A DNA stretch of 64,000 nt from the human T2T-CHM13v2.0 reference genome, Homo sapiens. The translations under genes and the position numbers were made by a program. Location of the stretch: NCBI RefSeq assembly GCF_009914755.1, contig NC_060941.1; one strand, written 5' to 3'. The notes beneath the pieces are model-generated. The model did no database searches. It was not told the origin of the DNA and worked only from the letters and a program-made list of their open reading frames with translations. This document shows, piece after piece, positions 1 to 16,319 of the stretch. Positions within the stretch are counted from its first letter, which is position 1; the number at the start of each line of letters is the position of its first letter.

Positions 1-1141
1 AATTTTGGTATTTCCCAAGTTCCCCACACTTGGGTAAATACTATAGTTGTAAATATTTAATTATTATTTATTCATTTTTGAGACAGAGTCTCACTCTACT
101 GCTGAGGCTGGAGTGCAGTGGTGCGATCTTGGCTCACCACAACCGCTGCCTTCTGGGTTCAAGTGATTCTCATGCCTCAACCTCCCGAGCAGCTAGGATT
201 ACAGGCGCCTGCCACCACGCCTGGCTAATTTTTAAATTTTTAGTAGAGATGGGATTTTGCCATGTTGCCCAGACTGGTCTTGAACTCCTTGGCTCAAGTA
301 ATCTGCCCGCCTCGGCCTCCCAAAGTGCTGAAATTACAGGCATGAGCCACCACACCGGGCCATAAAATATTTTAAAGAAAAAAAAAATCCCAGCCCATGA
401 ACTTTTTGCCTGCAGTGGAGACTTCTCTAGTTCTTCTATGGTTGCTGGCTGTATGGTTTCTGTCTGCATTTTTACTACCCCAGTTGCCTCGTGTGTGGCT
501 TGGAGCACCTCAGGGTGGGACGGCTGAGAACCTGCTCAGTCCTTTTATTTTCTTTCTTTTGACACAGGGTCTTGGCTCTGTCACCCAGGCTAGAGTCCAG
601 TGGTACAATCATACATCACTGCAGCCTTGACTTCCTGGGCTCAACTGATCCTCCCACCTCCTGAGCAGCTGGGACTACAGGTGTGCGCCACCATGCCTGG
701 CTAATTTTTTAAATTTTTTGTAGAGACAGGGTTTTCCTGTGCTGCCCAGGCCGGGGCCCCTCCCTCTTGTCACCCCCAGGGCTGTGGGGTCTTGGGCACT
801 GTCTGGAGTCGGTGCATAAGACAGGAGGGTGGGCCCTGTCTGTGGCTGGACACAGAGAAGGGGAGAGGGCGGGAGGAGGGGTGGACGGGCTGGGAGGAGT
901 TGGAAACTCCAGGCCAGACTCAAGAGATGAGGGAGCGGGGTCTCCTCGGTGGCCACACCTAGACGTGGCTGGGAGGCAGCTCTAGGACACACCCTCTCCA
1001 TCCTCCCACCCTCGCCCAGCCTGCACACACCCCTCCACGCTGACAGCTGAGGTTCTTTGAATTCGCTATCAAGTGCTGTGCAAACGCAGCTGCCAGCCCC
1101 GCCCCCTTCAGCTGCCTAATCCCTCCCCAGGGTCCCCCTGA

Positions 1142-1351
<210 letters not shown>

Positions 1352-1755
1352 TGAGTAGCTGAGACTACACTAGCCAGCCACAGCTGGCTAATTTTCTATA
1401 TTTTTGTAGAGATGGGCTTTCACCCACGTTGCTCAGGCTGGTCTCAAACTCGAGCTCAGGCAATCTGCCCACCTTGGCCTCCCAAAGTGCTGGGATTACA
1501 ATGAAGACATTTTTAATCCAACAAAACACCAATGGAACGGAGGGAGCACTGGCCTCACCGTGGAGGCAGTCCCCAGGGTCTCCTGTCCCCCAGAAACCTC
1601 CTCCCTGCACCTCCCTGTTCCATGGGGATCTGATGTCCAGAGAGGATCTAGCCCACAGCATCCCCCATGGTTGCGTGTGATGGGCTGGTCCATGGTCGCG
1701 GCCGGGATGGCTCTCCCTGCTCACCTGGACGCAGCCACACCCACCCACCACGTAC

Positions 1756-1978
1756 CTGCAGCTTCAGGTGGATCTCCTCTGGCATCTCCTCCCCGTAGGT
1801 CTTGAGCAGCTCGATGGTTTGCTTCAGGGGCTCAAACATGTTGTCGGTGGCTGCTTGCCTCTCCTTGACTTTCATCAGGTGCCCCATCACCTCCACAAGC
1901 CCATCATAGTCCCCCTCCTTGAGGGGCTTGGTCAAGCCCATTCTGGCGACTTTCATGAAGGCTTCCAGGTCAGCCAGG
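1756..1978 (-). CDS. DNAH17: DNAH17 exon 22 (223 nt; ends at codon 1169)
   Basis: ccttag|SLADLEAFMKVARMGL...MFEPLKQTIELLKTYG...LKLQ|gtacgt. Confidence 0.96.
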
Positions 1979-2626
1979 CTAAGGGACAAGGGGACCATTT
2001 GTGTGGGCCCAGCCCCCCTTAGGCCCACCCTTGATGGTACGGAGCCCCATGAGAGGGGGACGACCGCGGTGAGGTCAACTGGCCATCACTGAAGGCCCCA
2101 GGCGGGGAGGGAGCGCCCCTGCCCACCTTGGATCCCTCCAGCTCACTCAGCCCCTGCCCAGACATCACCCCAAGCCTCAGCAACTTAGCTCAAGCCCATC
2201 CTCAAGTCCCAAGCTACGGCCACATCCCAGAGGCCTTCACTAGCCTCCCAGATGGAATTCAGCCAGGCAATGCTCTCTCCTGGCACTGTGCCCATCATGG
2301 CCCTGATGGCCGCCTATAATCCCACAGCTGCCAGTCTGTTTGTTCAGCGCCAGCCTTCCCTGACAGACTTCAGGTTTCCTCCGCATCTGGCACCCGGACA
2401 GAGCAGGTGCTCGGTACACCGGGTTTGGAGAAGGGATAATGTTTGCTCGCAGCCCGGTGACACCTTTCTGCTCACGCTTGGTGGGGTAGTTGGCCTTGAA
2501 ACCCAGCCTCCACCCCCTGCTACCCCAGAGGAGGCACCTGACAAATGCCACCCACTCAAGTGGAAGGCCACTCCCTGGTGCTCTGCACATTCCTTGGGCT
2601 CCCCGAGTACATGGCTGGGGACCCAC

Positions 2627-2796
2627 CTGTTGGTGACGTGGTTGCTCAGGTGCCGCTTGAACATGAAGCCCCAGCGCCGGATTGTGCTGAGCAGGGCCTG
2701 CTTGAAGGGGCGGCAGTCGCACTGCAGCCAGCCGTGGAACACCTTGGTGTTCTCGCACTTGGACACCTCCTCATACAGCTTCTCGTAGGAGTCGAT
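2627..2796 (-). CDS. DNAH17: DNAH17 exon 21 (170 nt)
   Basis: ttccag|IDSYEKLYEEVSKCENTKVFHGWLQCDCRPFKQAL...NHVTN|gtgggt. Confidence 0.95.
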
Positions 2797-3289
2797 CTGG
2801 AAAACACGGCCACCGGCGGCCTGTCATAGCCTGCAAGCCTAGGGGGGGCGTCAGCACAGGGCCTCAGTCCAGGGCCTTCCTGCACTGCACCTGCACTGCT
2901 CACCTGCCGGCCACTCTGGGGCCAGGGTCAGCAAAGGGCAGTACGGGACACATGGGGGCCCTCATTCCAAGTTATTGTTCCTTCCAGCCCCAGAGTCTAG
3001 CCCCAGAAGGTGCCAGTCCATCAGAAAGGGGCAGAAGGGGTCATGGCAGCAGGACTTCTGAAGCTGGGTAGGACAGAAGCTTCAAGAGGTGAACCAGGTC
3101 ACAGGCTCCTAAAGGGCATCCCTAGCTCATCCTTCTACCTGAGGCCTCTGTCACTCCTCCTGCTGCCCCAACCCTGTGCTACAGAATGTACCCCTGGGCA
3201 TGGGTCACCCTTGCCCACGGGGCCCTCTTTCTCACTGTGCATTGGGAACAGAGCTAGAGGTTTGTGCGTTAACTATGTTTTCTTATTTT

Positions 3290-4140
<851 letters not shown>

Positions 4141-4149
4141 ACACTGACA

Positions 4150-4680
4150 GGTGTGATTTTCTGTGTTCTTCATGCTCTGACATCTGGGGCCTTGCCCATG
4201 GACGACCCCTCCCAGGCCTAGTCAATTTTGAGAGACAACAAACAATTCACCTGGGGGTGTGGTTTCATATGCAAATGAGCCAACCCGGAGCCCACACCTC
4301 CGACCATCCCCTTGATGGGGCTCTCACAGGGTTTTACCTTCTGGGCTGCTACCCACTAGCCCTCAGCCCTCATCTCCCTGAGGTCAGGTACCAGACAGCC
4401 CCTATAGCCTAGAGCCTGCTGAAATTATTCAAACTTGCCAACCCTAAGCCTGTGACCTCTGCCCATTCCTTCCCTGGAAGCCACAATAAAGGCTCTTTAT
4501 TTTCCCCACATTTTCCCCAGCTCCCTCTGCCTCCTGACTGACCCTGATGCTACCCCGTGCAGGCCTGTGTGGTGTGCTATGCCCCCTTCTTGGGAACTGT
4601 AAGTAACAAACTGCCTTTCTAATGGTGGTCACCTCCTGATGTTTGCCTTGCCCTACCTGGAAACCTGCATCTTAAAACAA
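4150..4680 (+). mobile_element. ERVL-type solo LTR (MER74/MER73-like); related fragment at about 6310-6515
   Basis: catgctctgacatctggggccttg...ggtaccagaca...cacaataaaggctc resemble the recalled consensus. Confidence 0.6.
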
Positions 4681-4766
4681 TTCACCCAAGTTTTAAAGCA
4701 AGCCTGGTGATCCTCTCCTGGAAGACTCTGGAGACAAGGAGGCTGGTGGGTGAGGTCTGCACGCAC

Positions 4767-5021
4767 CTGCTCCTGGAACTGAGCCAGGGTGGGTGGTGTC
4801 TTGGGGATGGTGTCATCTGTCCAGGTGTCCAAGTCCTCCGCAGTGACTGCACACCCATATATCAGGAAATTCTTCATAAACTCCTGCAGGTTGTCCGTCC
4901 AGAGGTAGGAGTACCTCTCAAAGGAATCCTGGTACTCCTCGGCCTCCTTCATGGCATTGATGACCAGGCTGGACACCTCCTCCCTCATCTCTGTGAGGTC
5001 TGTGTTATCTTCCAGGTCCAT
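4767..5021 (-). CDS. DNAH17: DNAH17 exon 20 (255 nt)
   Basis: tttcag|MDLEDNTDLTEMREEV...YSYLWTD...PTLAQFQEQ|gtgcgt. Confidence 0.96.
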
Positions 5022-5143
5022 CTGAAAGGGGCAAGGGAGAAGCAAAAAGGGGAGGTATGTTGCCTGGTTCATAATTTAGGTGTTGTCCTCTCGGCCTTGA
5101 GAAGTGGTTCTCTGTTGGCGAAAGGGCTTCCAATCTCTCATGA

Positions 5144-5340
5144 TGACCTGCTCTTTTTCCAGCCTGGGCCGATCACCCCTCTTTAGGCAACCTGGTGGTC
5201 CCCCACTCCTGGGAGGTCACCATACTGATGCCAAACTTAGTGGATAGCACACTACGGCCCAGAACTCCTGGGCTCAAGCGATCCTCCTGCCTCAGCCTCC
5301 CAAGTAGCTGGGACCACAGGCACGTGCCACTGTGCCTGGC
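5144..5340 (-). pseudogene. 7SL (SRP RNA) retropseudogene, 3'-truncated, no poly(A)
   Basis: Reverse complement matches 7SL from its 5' end through the S domain (ACTAAGTTTGGCATCAGTATGGTGACCTCCCAGGAG...GGACCACCAGGTTGCCTAA...GAGCAGGTCA), which Alu lacks; degenerate TSD at 5130-5143 / 5341-5354. Confidence 0.9.
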
Positions 5341-5841
5341 CCAAGCTCTCACCACGGGAAATAGGAACCTTTGCCGATTTGCAATATTCTGCCATGGGAA
5401 GGTATGCCAAGTGTGACGTTTGTCTGGGGAACCCCGAGATGACTCACACATTGATTCATTCATTCGATAGCTCGCTCTCACTGCGTACCACATGCTGGGA
5501 TAGATACTGGGGCACAGGCAGGGAGTGTACAGCCCAGGAATGGGGTCTGACATTCATCAAAGAATCACAGAAAAAAGCATCTCCACCCTCCCCCTTGCTT
5601 CAGGTGAAATGGGGAGCAGGTCAGGGAATGGCCCCGAGGAAATGGCCATTGGTCTGAGAGCTGATGGATGGGTAGACAAGGAGCAAGAGAAGCGGCTTTC
5701 CTGGCAACAGCAAAGCACGTGCAAAGGCCCCGTGGTGGGAGGAGGCAGCGTGTTAGGGGAACTAAAGGAAGTCTACTGTCGGTGGCTAGAGCAGAGAGCA
5801 CGAGAGGCCAGTGCTATACGGATCTTTTTAGTTGCCAGTGA

Positions 5842-6292
<451 letters not shown>

Positions 6293-8760
6293 TAAAATAA
6301 AAAAACCTTATGGGCCAGGAAGAGCCGGCCTTTCCCAGGGCTAGGCAATTCTTTGAGATGGCAAAAGGCTCATCTGGGGGCATGCATATGCAAACCAGCC
6401 GACCCTCAACCACTCCCCTTTACCCAACTCTCACACCAAGCCAGTATTTCCCCTGCCCTAAATCACCCAGGGTCAGGTACCAGACAACTGAAGACGGCCT
6501 ATAGCCCAGAGCCCACATGACAGCTGCAGAGAGGCCCCATCGGGACCCAGATGTGCATGGAGATCTTGTCTGTGCAGGGGACCTCGTTGGTAAGGGGTGG
6601 CACGAGGAAACGGTGTAATTGAGGAGGTGAAGTCAGTGGGGCTGGGATGGAAGGGGAAGGTTGGCCCTAGGGCTGGGCCGGGCCACCCTGCATGTAAGTT
6701 GTGGATGGAAAGAAGCCACAGGGGAGAGAAACCTGAAGCTCCTCGTGGCTGCAGGAAAGCATTTGGTGTGTGCTTCAGAATTCAGCCATGGGCTCGCCTG
6801 TGCCTGACATTTGGCTCCCACCCCTCCTCATGGCCCCTCTTTCTGCTCAGGGTTGGGAGTGCAGTGTTCAGAGCACAGGCAGGTGCTTCTGGATTTCAGT
6901 GTTGTAACTTCCAGGCATCTACCTGCTCCAGCTGAGATTGTCCCCTGCAGTCCTTTGGATCTCCCCAGGTGGGATCCAAGTTCCAGTTGGGCTGGGCTGG
7001 TGGCAGCCTGGCATACCAGAGGCAGGTGAGACCTGCTGCCTGGGGTCTCTGCCCCTTGCTGGTGTCCCCTGTGGGCAGCTCAGCTCTCTAAATCCCTGTG
7101 GCAGCCTGGGGCCCACATTCTATCTCCTCCTTGTCCTGACCCAACTCCTCTGGGTTGGCCACCCTGGTACCCATGGGAAGCATCCCTTGGGTACTCTCTG
7201 CCACCAAGCTAGGGTACTTGGGTCTCTGGGAAGTGGCCCTGGGACCCAGCAGTCTAGATGCCTGACTCTCTCATTGTCTTCCACAGCTTGGCACCAGGTA
7301 AGACTCTGCTAGACCAGCAGGCTTTCGAGGGACCCTTCTCCTGGGCAACAGGCCCTTCAGCTCTGGAATGTTCTGCCTGAGCGTCCCAGGGTGTCTGCAA
7401 GGCAGCCTGAGTGTTTGTGCTGGCAGAGCCCAGGGGTGGAGCAGCTCTGTCTGCAGCAACCGTGGGTGCCCAAGAGCAGCCTGCTTTGGGGACAGTGGGA
7501 GGGGCACACCCGGGACACACTGATTCTGAGGACATGTGCTAACCTAGCGTCTGCATAACTGGGGCAAATTCTATTCTCAACTCTGGAACAGCTTGCTGCT
7601 TGCACTTGGGCCTAAAATCACAGCCATCTTCTCAGCATGGAAACCTCCTCCCACCCTTCCAGAATCCGCTCACACGCCCACTCCTCTCAGGAGCTGTCCT
7701 TGACCTTCTCAGGTCATTAGCTGTTCCCTCGTGTCCTCATGTCACCTCTGTACAAGCATGCCTCCCCACCACACATGCAAATACGCACACGGGCACATAT
7801 GCATCCAAGCACACGCGTACACACACGAGCACACGCACATCCCTCCCTCCTGGACAGGACAGCTCATCTCGCTGTAAATATATGTTATGACAAATCATAC
7901 GTGTCCATTATTTTACAATTCAAACAACGCAGAAATGCATGAGAGGAAACGCCTGCAGCCACATCCCTCTCCCCTCCCCTCCTTCCTCCCTTCCTGGTAA
8001 GCACTCACCCAGATTTTTGCTTGTTTAAGCAAATGAAACCATATTCTAAACATTGTTCTGTAACTTGATAAATGTCTAATAACCTGTCACAACACCTTTC
8101 CATCCTTGGCTCATTGTGACAATTCACAGAATCTGGGTTTGGGCCAGAATTGGTCAAGCCACTCCCCTCTTCCACAAACATTTAGGTCACTTAAGTCTTT
8201 TCAGATTTTTTTTTATTGCTATACAAATAGGTGCTTTGACAAACACACCACCTCAAACCTCCCTTAAGCGGGGAGCTGAATTTCCCATGACTTTTGTTGT
8301 CCTTCCTACCCCAGAGCCTGGCCAGGCTCTCCGTGTGTCTTGTTTGATGCGTTTAGACGAGATGATTTCAGAAGGCAGTGGGAGGCACATTTGTCAAATT
8401 GCCTGAGTACTGGGAGAATCAGTGTTTACATTACAGGACTGAGGCCGGGCACGGTGGCTCACACCTGTAATCCCAGCACTTTGGGAGGCCAAGGCGGGTG
8501 GATCACAAGGTCGGGAGATTGAGACCATCCTGGCCAACATGGTGAAACCCCGTCTCTACTAAAAATATATAAAAAAAAAGAAAAATTAGCCAGGCATGGT
8601 GGCATGCACCTGTAGTCCCAGCTACTCAGGAGGCTGAGGCAGGAGAATCGCTTGAACCCAGGAGGCGGAGGTTGCAGTCAGCTGAGATTATGCTACTGCA
8701 CTCCAGCCTGGGCAACAGAGCAAGACTCTGTCTCAAAAAATAAAAAAATTAAGAAGTTTA

Positions 8761-9024
<264 letters not shown>

Positions 9025-9281
9025 TCATGTCGGGGGGTTGGAAGGATGATGAGGGAATGAAACCCAGGCAGGTTGACTGAGAAGAAGCTGCTTTGGGAAG
9101 GACGACAGATGTGGGAGTGGGGAGAGAAGTGGCCATGTCATCCTAGAGGTCACACGATGTCATTTAAAAGGTAAGCAGGGCCGGGCGCGGTGGCTCACGC
9201 CTATAATCCCAGCACTTTGGGAGGCCGAGGCGGGTGGATCATGAGTTCAGGAGATCCAGACCATCCTGGCTAACACGGTTA

Positions 9282-9797
<516 letters not shown>

Positions 9798-12019
9798 TCA
9801 ACACCTCTGTCCTCCATCGGATGATTCTCAGTGCCCTGATCATCCACTCCGTACCATCAATGTGTCACTGCCTTCCACTTATCTGGGAAGCTTCTGAGAG
9901 CTCGTGTCTCAGCGCACCCCGCTCCTTGAGCAATCGCTACAGAGCCAAATGTACAGCCACAAGGCCAAAAGCAGGCAGGGGCAGGTTGGGGCAAGGGGAG
10001 GGGCAGGATCAGGTAGAACTCAGACCTCGGTTCAAAGCCCACACCTGCTACTTGCCAGCTCTGAGGCCTTGGGGAGTCACTTAACTCCCAGTTTCCCCAA
10101 ATATATAAAATGAGGCTAAATATTTTATAGAATGGAGACATTGTTGGCTAGGCGCAGTGGCTCATGCCTGTAATCCCAGCACTTTGGGAGGCCAAGGCGG
10201 GTGGATCACCTGAGGTCAGGAGTTTGAGACCAGCCTGGCCCACATGGCGAAGCCCCGTCTCTACTAAAAATACAAAATAATTAGCTGGGCCTGGTGGTGG
10301 GTGTCTGGAACCCCAGCTACTCGGGAGGCTGAGGCAGGAAATCGCTTGAACCCAAGAGGCGGAGGTTGCAATGAGCTGAGATTGCGCCATTGCACTCCAG
10401 CCTGGGCAAGAGCAAAACTCTGTCTCCAAAAAAAAAAAAAAAAAAAGAATGGAGACATTGTTTCCATTGTTCTGGGTTACTACAGGGGCTAAATGAATCA
10501 CTAACACACAAAGCAGGTACTGCAGGGGCTGGCCAAGCCTGCCTGTCCCTCTCCCTTGGAAGTCCCCGTTTACAGAGTTCTGGAGGCCCCTGTGAGGCTG
10601 CAGGGCTGCAGGTGCTGCTCTGGTTTACAGTGATGGGATTGAGAACCCAAGTGCTCTTCCTGCCAAACTAACGATTCTCAAAATGTGGGCCAGGATCCAC
10701 CAGGCTGTGAGATCACACTGTGGCCACTGATCTGCCCCTGAATGAGTCCCCATTGGACCTGTGGGTTATGAGCTTTTGAGCCCCCCAATTTGTCTATGAG
10801 CAGGAGGGGGCTGTATCAGTATCTGAGTGAGGTGCTAATTGGGACAAACGGTCAATTGTGTGACCAGACTTTTCTAAAGACTCAGGTCGGCTCCTGCCCC
10901 CAGGCTACTCACAAAGTAGGAGGACTCCCTGGAACTCTTTGAGGAGAACACTTTGTTACTGGGACTTCTTTATGGTTTTCGTTGAGACGCTTTCACTGGG
11001 ACAGTCTGTAGTGACGACTACTTTCGTCAACTGAATTTTGGGTCTGTGACTGGTTACCAGCTGGCATCTGAGACCCATATGCCAGACTCAAACACCATCC
11101 ACCCTCCCTGGTCGGTACAAGGGCACGACACTGCCACGTTCCTTTGTTGTTGGTAGCCTGGGGGAGCCTTTGATCTTGGCCTCCTGGCGGTACTCAAAAT
11201 CATTTAGAAACCATCACAACAAAAAAGATGCAGGGCTGGGCACAGTGGTTCACGCCTGTAATCCCAGCACTTTGGGAGGCCGAGGTTGGTCGATCATGAG
11301 GTCAGGAGTTCAAGACCAGCCTGGCTAAGATGGTGAACCCTTGCCTCTACTAAAAATACAAAAATTAGCCAGGCGTGGTGGCGGGCACCTATAATCCCAG
11401 CTACTTGGGAGGCTGAGGTAGAGAACTGCTTGAACCCAGGAGGTGGAGTTTGCAGTGAGCTGAGATCATGCTACTGCACTCCAGCCTGGGCAACAGAGCG
11501 GGACTCTGTCTCAAAAAAATAAAAAAATAAAATAAAAAGAAGATACAGGTAGGAAAGGGGCCATTGCCATGGAAAGCATGCCTCCATGGGATTAACCAGC
11601 ACAACCTCTTTGCTGACTGGTTTACCTTCTACTCAGCCGTATATAATCAAGTAGGTGAGTGGCTGTTGTTGCTGACAGGAGACCCTCCCCCCAATCCACA
11701 TGAGTAGGGGGCAGTGGTGTCCACTTTCCTTCACCTGGCAGTGAGGCAGGACCAGCCTCTTAGGTCTCTTGAGGTTTTCTGCAGCCAATTTATGTTATGG
11801 CAGATTTAAAGTGACCAGTGGTCCTGAGTGCCTGGGACTGAGGGGATTCTGGAATGCAGGACTTCCAGGTTTAAAACCAGGTCAAGTAGATTGCATAAGA
11901 TATATTTTAATAAGTCTATTTATAAAATGATAGCCTGTTCATCAAGAAACTAGAAACTACAGATTCTAACAGATAAGAATACATATACATAAATATATTA
12001 CCTTATGTTGATAACTTAC

Positions 12020-12163
12020 ATCTATAACCATGTTGTCCATTAGGAAACTCAGAGATTTGCGAATGAACTGGTCAAATTCATCTAAGACCATGTCGTCAAT
12101 GTAGATGACATAATCCTTCCAGGGCAGGCTCAGTGTGTCTGCCCTGAACAGTTCTGCGTTTTC
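12020..12163 (-). CDS. DNAH17: DNAH17 exon 18 (144 nt)
   Basis: ttgcag|ENAELFRADTLSLPWKDYV...MDNMVID|gtaagt. Confidence 0.95.
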
Positions 12164-12619
12164 CTGCAAACAGAAGCGCACAGTTGGGCCTCACTTCACT
12201 GGCTGTGCTTGCTCTTTGATCACACTGTTTAGTGCCTCTCTGGACCGCCCGTCCATGTTCACACGCCGGACACACGGGGCTGCTTTGAGCATCTTGCTGG
12301 TGCTGGCCGCCTTCCTACTCGAGGCTTTGCACGGCTGCTCCCTCACTTTCTTGCTGGGTCTGGCTTCCAATCTTTTTGATTTCAGCTCAAATGTCCCTTC
12401 CTCCCAAAGGAAACCTCCATCTCTAGTTGGGTTTCCTCTAGCAAACTGTTATTTATGCCTACCATGGCTCAGAGGGCCACTCAGAATTATTTTATTTGTC
12501 TTTGATTTGTCTTTGGTCTGCATGCCCTTTTGATGCCCAAAGTCATGAAGGCGAAGGTTGACCATCCTCTCCACCACTGTACCCCCAGCACTCAGCAGTA
12601 GGCCTAGCACAGAGCAGGG

Positions 12620-13900
12620 GCTGGTGGGTGGGTGGGGTGGGTGGATGGACAGATGAATGGGGTGGACGGATAGCTGGATGGATGGATGGGGTTGGTAGAT
12701 GGGTGAGTGGGTGGATGGATGGATGGATGGATGGATGGGTGGGTGGATGGGTGGGTGGGTGGGTGGGTGGGTATGTGGATGTGTGAGTGGGTGGGTGGAT
12801 GGGTGGGTGGGTGACTGGGTGGGTGGGTGGGTGGGTGGGTGAGTGGATGGGTGGATGGGTGGGTGGGTGGCCGAGTGGATGGATGGGTACGTGGCTGGAT
12901 AAGTGGGGTGGGTGAATGAACAGATGAATGGAGTGGGTAGGTGTGTGAGTCCATGGATGGATAAATGGGGTGGGTAGATGTATGAGTAGATGGACAGACG
13001 GATGGGTGGATGGGTGGACAGATGAATGGGGTGGGCAGATGTGTGAGTAGAGGGGTGAGTGGGTGGGTGGGTGGGGTGAGTGGATGGGTGGGTGGGGTGG
13101 GTGGATGAGTGGACAGATGAATGGGGTGGGTAGATGTGTAAGTAGGTGGATGGGTGGGTGGATAGGTGGGTGGATGGATGGGTGGGTGGGTTGATCGGTG
13201 GATAAGTGGATGGGTGGATGGGTGGGTGGCGTGGGTGGGTGAGTGGATGGGTGGGTGAGCAGATGGGTGGGTGGCGTGGGTGGGTGAGCGGATGGGTGGG
13301 TGAGCGGATGGGTGGGTGAGCGGGGTGGGTGAGTGAGCGGGGTGGGGGGGTGAGCGGGGTGGGGGGGTGAGCGGGGTGGGGGGGTGAGCGGGGTGGGGGG
13401 GTGAGCGGGGTGGGGGGGTGAGCGGGGTGGGGGGGTGAGCGGGGTGGGGGGGTGAGCGGGGTGGGGGGGTGAGCGGGGTGGGGGGGTGAGCGGGGTGGGG
13501 GGGTGAGCGGGGTGGGGGGGTGAGCGGGGTGCGGGGGTGAGCGGGGTGCGGGGGGTGAGCGGGGTGGGGGGGTGAGCGGGGTGGGGGGGTGAGCGGGGTG
13601 GGGGGATGAGCAGGTGGGGGGGTGAGCGGGGTGGGGGGATGAGCAGATGGGTGGGTGAGCGGGGTGGGGGGGGTGAGCGGATGGGTGGGTGGGGGGGTGA
13701 GCGGATGGGTGGGTGGGGGGGTGAGCAGATGGGTGGGGGGGTGGGGGGTAAGCAAGCAGATGGGTGGGTGGGGTGGGTGGGTGAGTGAGTGGATGGGTGG
13801 GTAGGGTGGGTGGATGAGTGGACAGATGAATGTGGTGGGTAGATGTGTAAGTGGATGGATGGATGGATGGATGGGTGGATGGTTGGATGGATGGATGAAT
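12620..13900 (+). repeat. Compound (GGAT/GGGT)n repeat with a central 17-bp G-rich minisatellite (13334-13606)
   Basis: About 16 copies of TGAGCGGGGTGGGGGGG inside degenerate GGAT/GGGT tracts. Confidence 0.95.
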
Positions 13901-14635
13901 CTCTAGGATACTAAGTGCTATAGGGAAACTCAAAGATTAATTTCACTCAGTCTATGCCCTCAGGCAGGTCTATTCTAATAAGGGAGAGAAGACTTGGGCT
14001 CAAATAACTTCAGCATAAGATAAAAAGAAATGGCTCTAATGACTGTCATGAGAGTAGCCATACGTGGTGACAGAGTTGTGCACAAGAGGCAACACCATCT
14101 CATCACAGTTGGGGAACAGAATAGGCTGGCTTGTTGCCTCTGCCCCTCTTAGGCTCCTGTCCCTGCTGCTTGGCTTCAACCTCAGCCCAGTCCTGCCTCC
14201 TCGCCTGCCCTCTTGCTATGCTCCTGCCCTCTGAAACTTTCCTAACCCTAAGTCAAATCTCTCTCCTGTGCTCTGTTTCCAACCCTTCTGAGAGTGTTAA
14301 CAAGCTAATCAGTTAACTCTTCCAAGTAACATTTTTGCAGTTTAGCATTTTAATTCAGAGGGAGCTACTGGCACCGTGGCAGGGAGGGGAGGGATGGGAA
14401 CTGGGAATGAGGCACAACAGACTCTGGTTCAGTCAAGTCACTTCCTGGGGTGACGATCTTTAGAGCAATGATGTGACAATAGGAACAGCCAATAATGGCC
14501 CATCCCCCGGGTGTGGCCTGCTGGTCTGTCTAGATGATGTGACTCATCATTAAAGTCCACACCACTGATTTGCACCATCCACTGGAAACCCCCCCCCAAA
14601 AACTGCCCTAAAATACTTTTTTTTTTTTTTTCTGA

Positions 14636-15013
<378 letters not shown>

Positions 15014-15600
15014 TGAAATTACTACCAAGTGAGGAGGATATGAAAACCCCTACAATACAATGTCAGGACTCCAGACAAAGCACCCAGGAATGCCAGTCTA
15101 CTGTTCTGCATTCTCCCACTGAATGTGCCAACCATGGGGGCTCCCAGGAGGCTGGTAGGGACATAGAGTCATATGCTGTTGGGACTACTGGCAAGAAGGA
15201 CCAGCTGGCATCCTAGGTAGCAAAGCAGGCGTGCGTTATCACATTCTACCCATTCACATATGCAGGTAGTGATACACCCTGTGCACGTTCGAATGGTCCT
15301 CGCTCTTCCCATGTTACTGTTCCCTACCCACACTCATGGATGGGAAATCCACGGGGGATACCGATAAACACACGGTGCCCACCCTCGGCAGCTCATCCTG
15401 GGAAGACAAGATTTGTTGACCTAGTATGAAGACGTTACTTGGCCATACCCACATTGTGCTGGGCGAGGGCTCTGGTACCCTTAGCAGAGGGCAGGCCCAT
15501 CATAAGAGGAACCAGGCTTGGAAGTGTACAGCAAGGGTGGTCTACTACTTAAAGATAAGGCTCGCTTGGATTAAAGATCATAGGTTTTGTTTTGTTTTGA

Positions 15601-16052
<452 letters not shown>

Positions 16053-16319
16053 AATTTTTGTATTTTTAGTAAAGGCAGGGTTTCACCACGTTGGTCAAGC
16101 TGGTCTCGATCTCCTGACATTAGGTGATCCGCCCGACTCAGCCTCCCAGAGTGCTGGGATTACAGGTGAGAGCCACTGCATCCAGCCAGGTCACAGACTT
16201 CTATGACTACAAGAAATGTGTCACTAATCATTTTTATGAAATCTCCAGCCCTGGGTTTACTCTCTCCTCCCTGCTAAAAGCAAGTGGGTTCTCAAAAAAC
16301 CTCCTGGGTGTTTCCTTAC

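Noticed and set aside
11563-11577. X-box-like ATTGCCATGGAAAG
   Set aside because: Both terminal positions deviate from GTTGCCATGGNAAC; deep intronic and next to an Alu tail
12449-13933. 494-aa and 383-aa Pro/His/Thr-rich ORFs
   Set aside because: Stop-free translation of the C-rich strand of a simple repeat; non-ATG starts; no sign of coding
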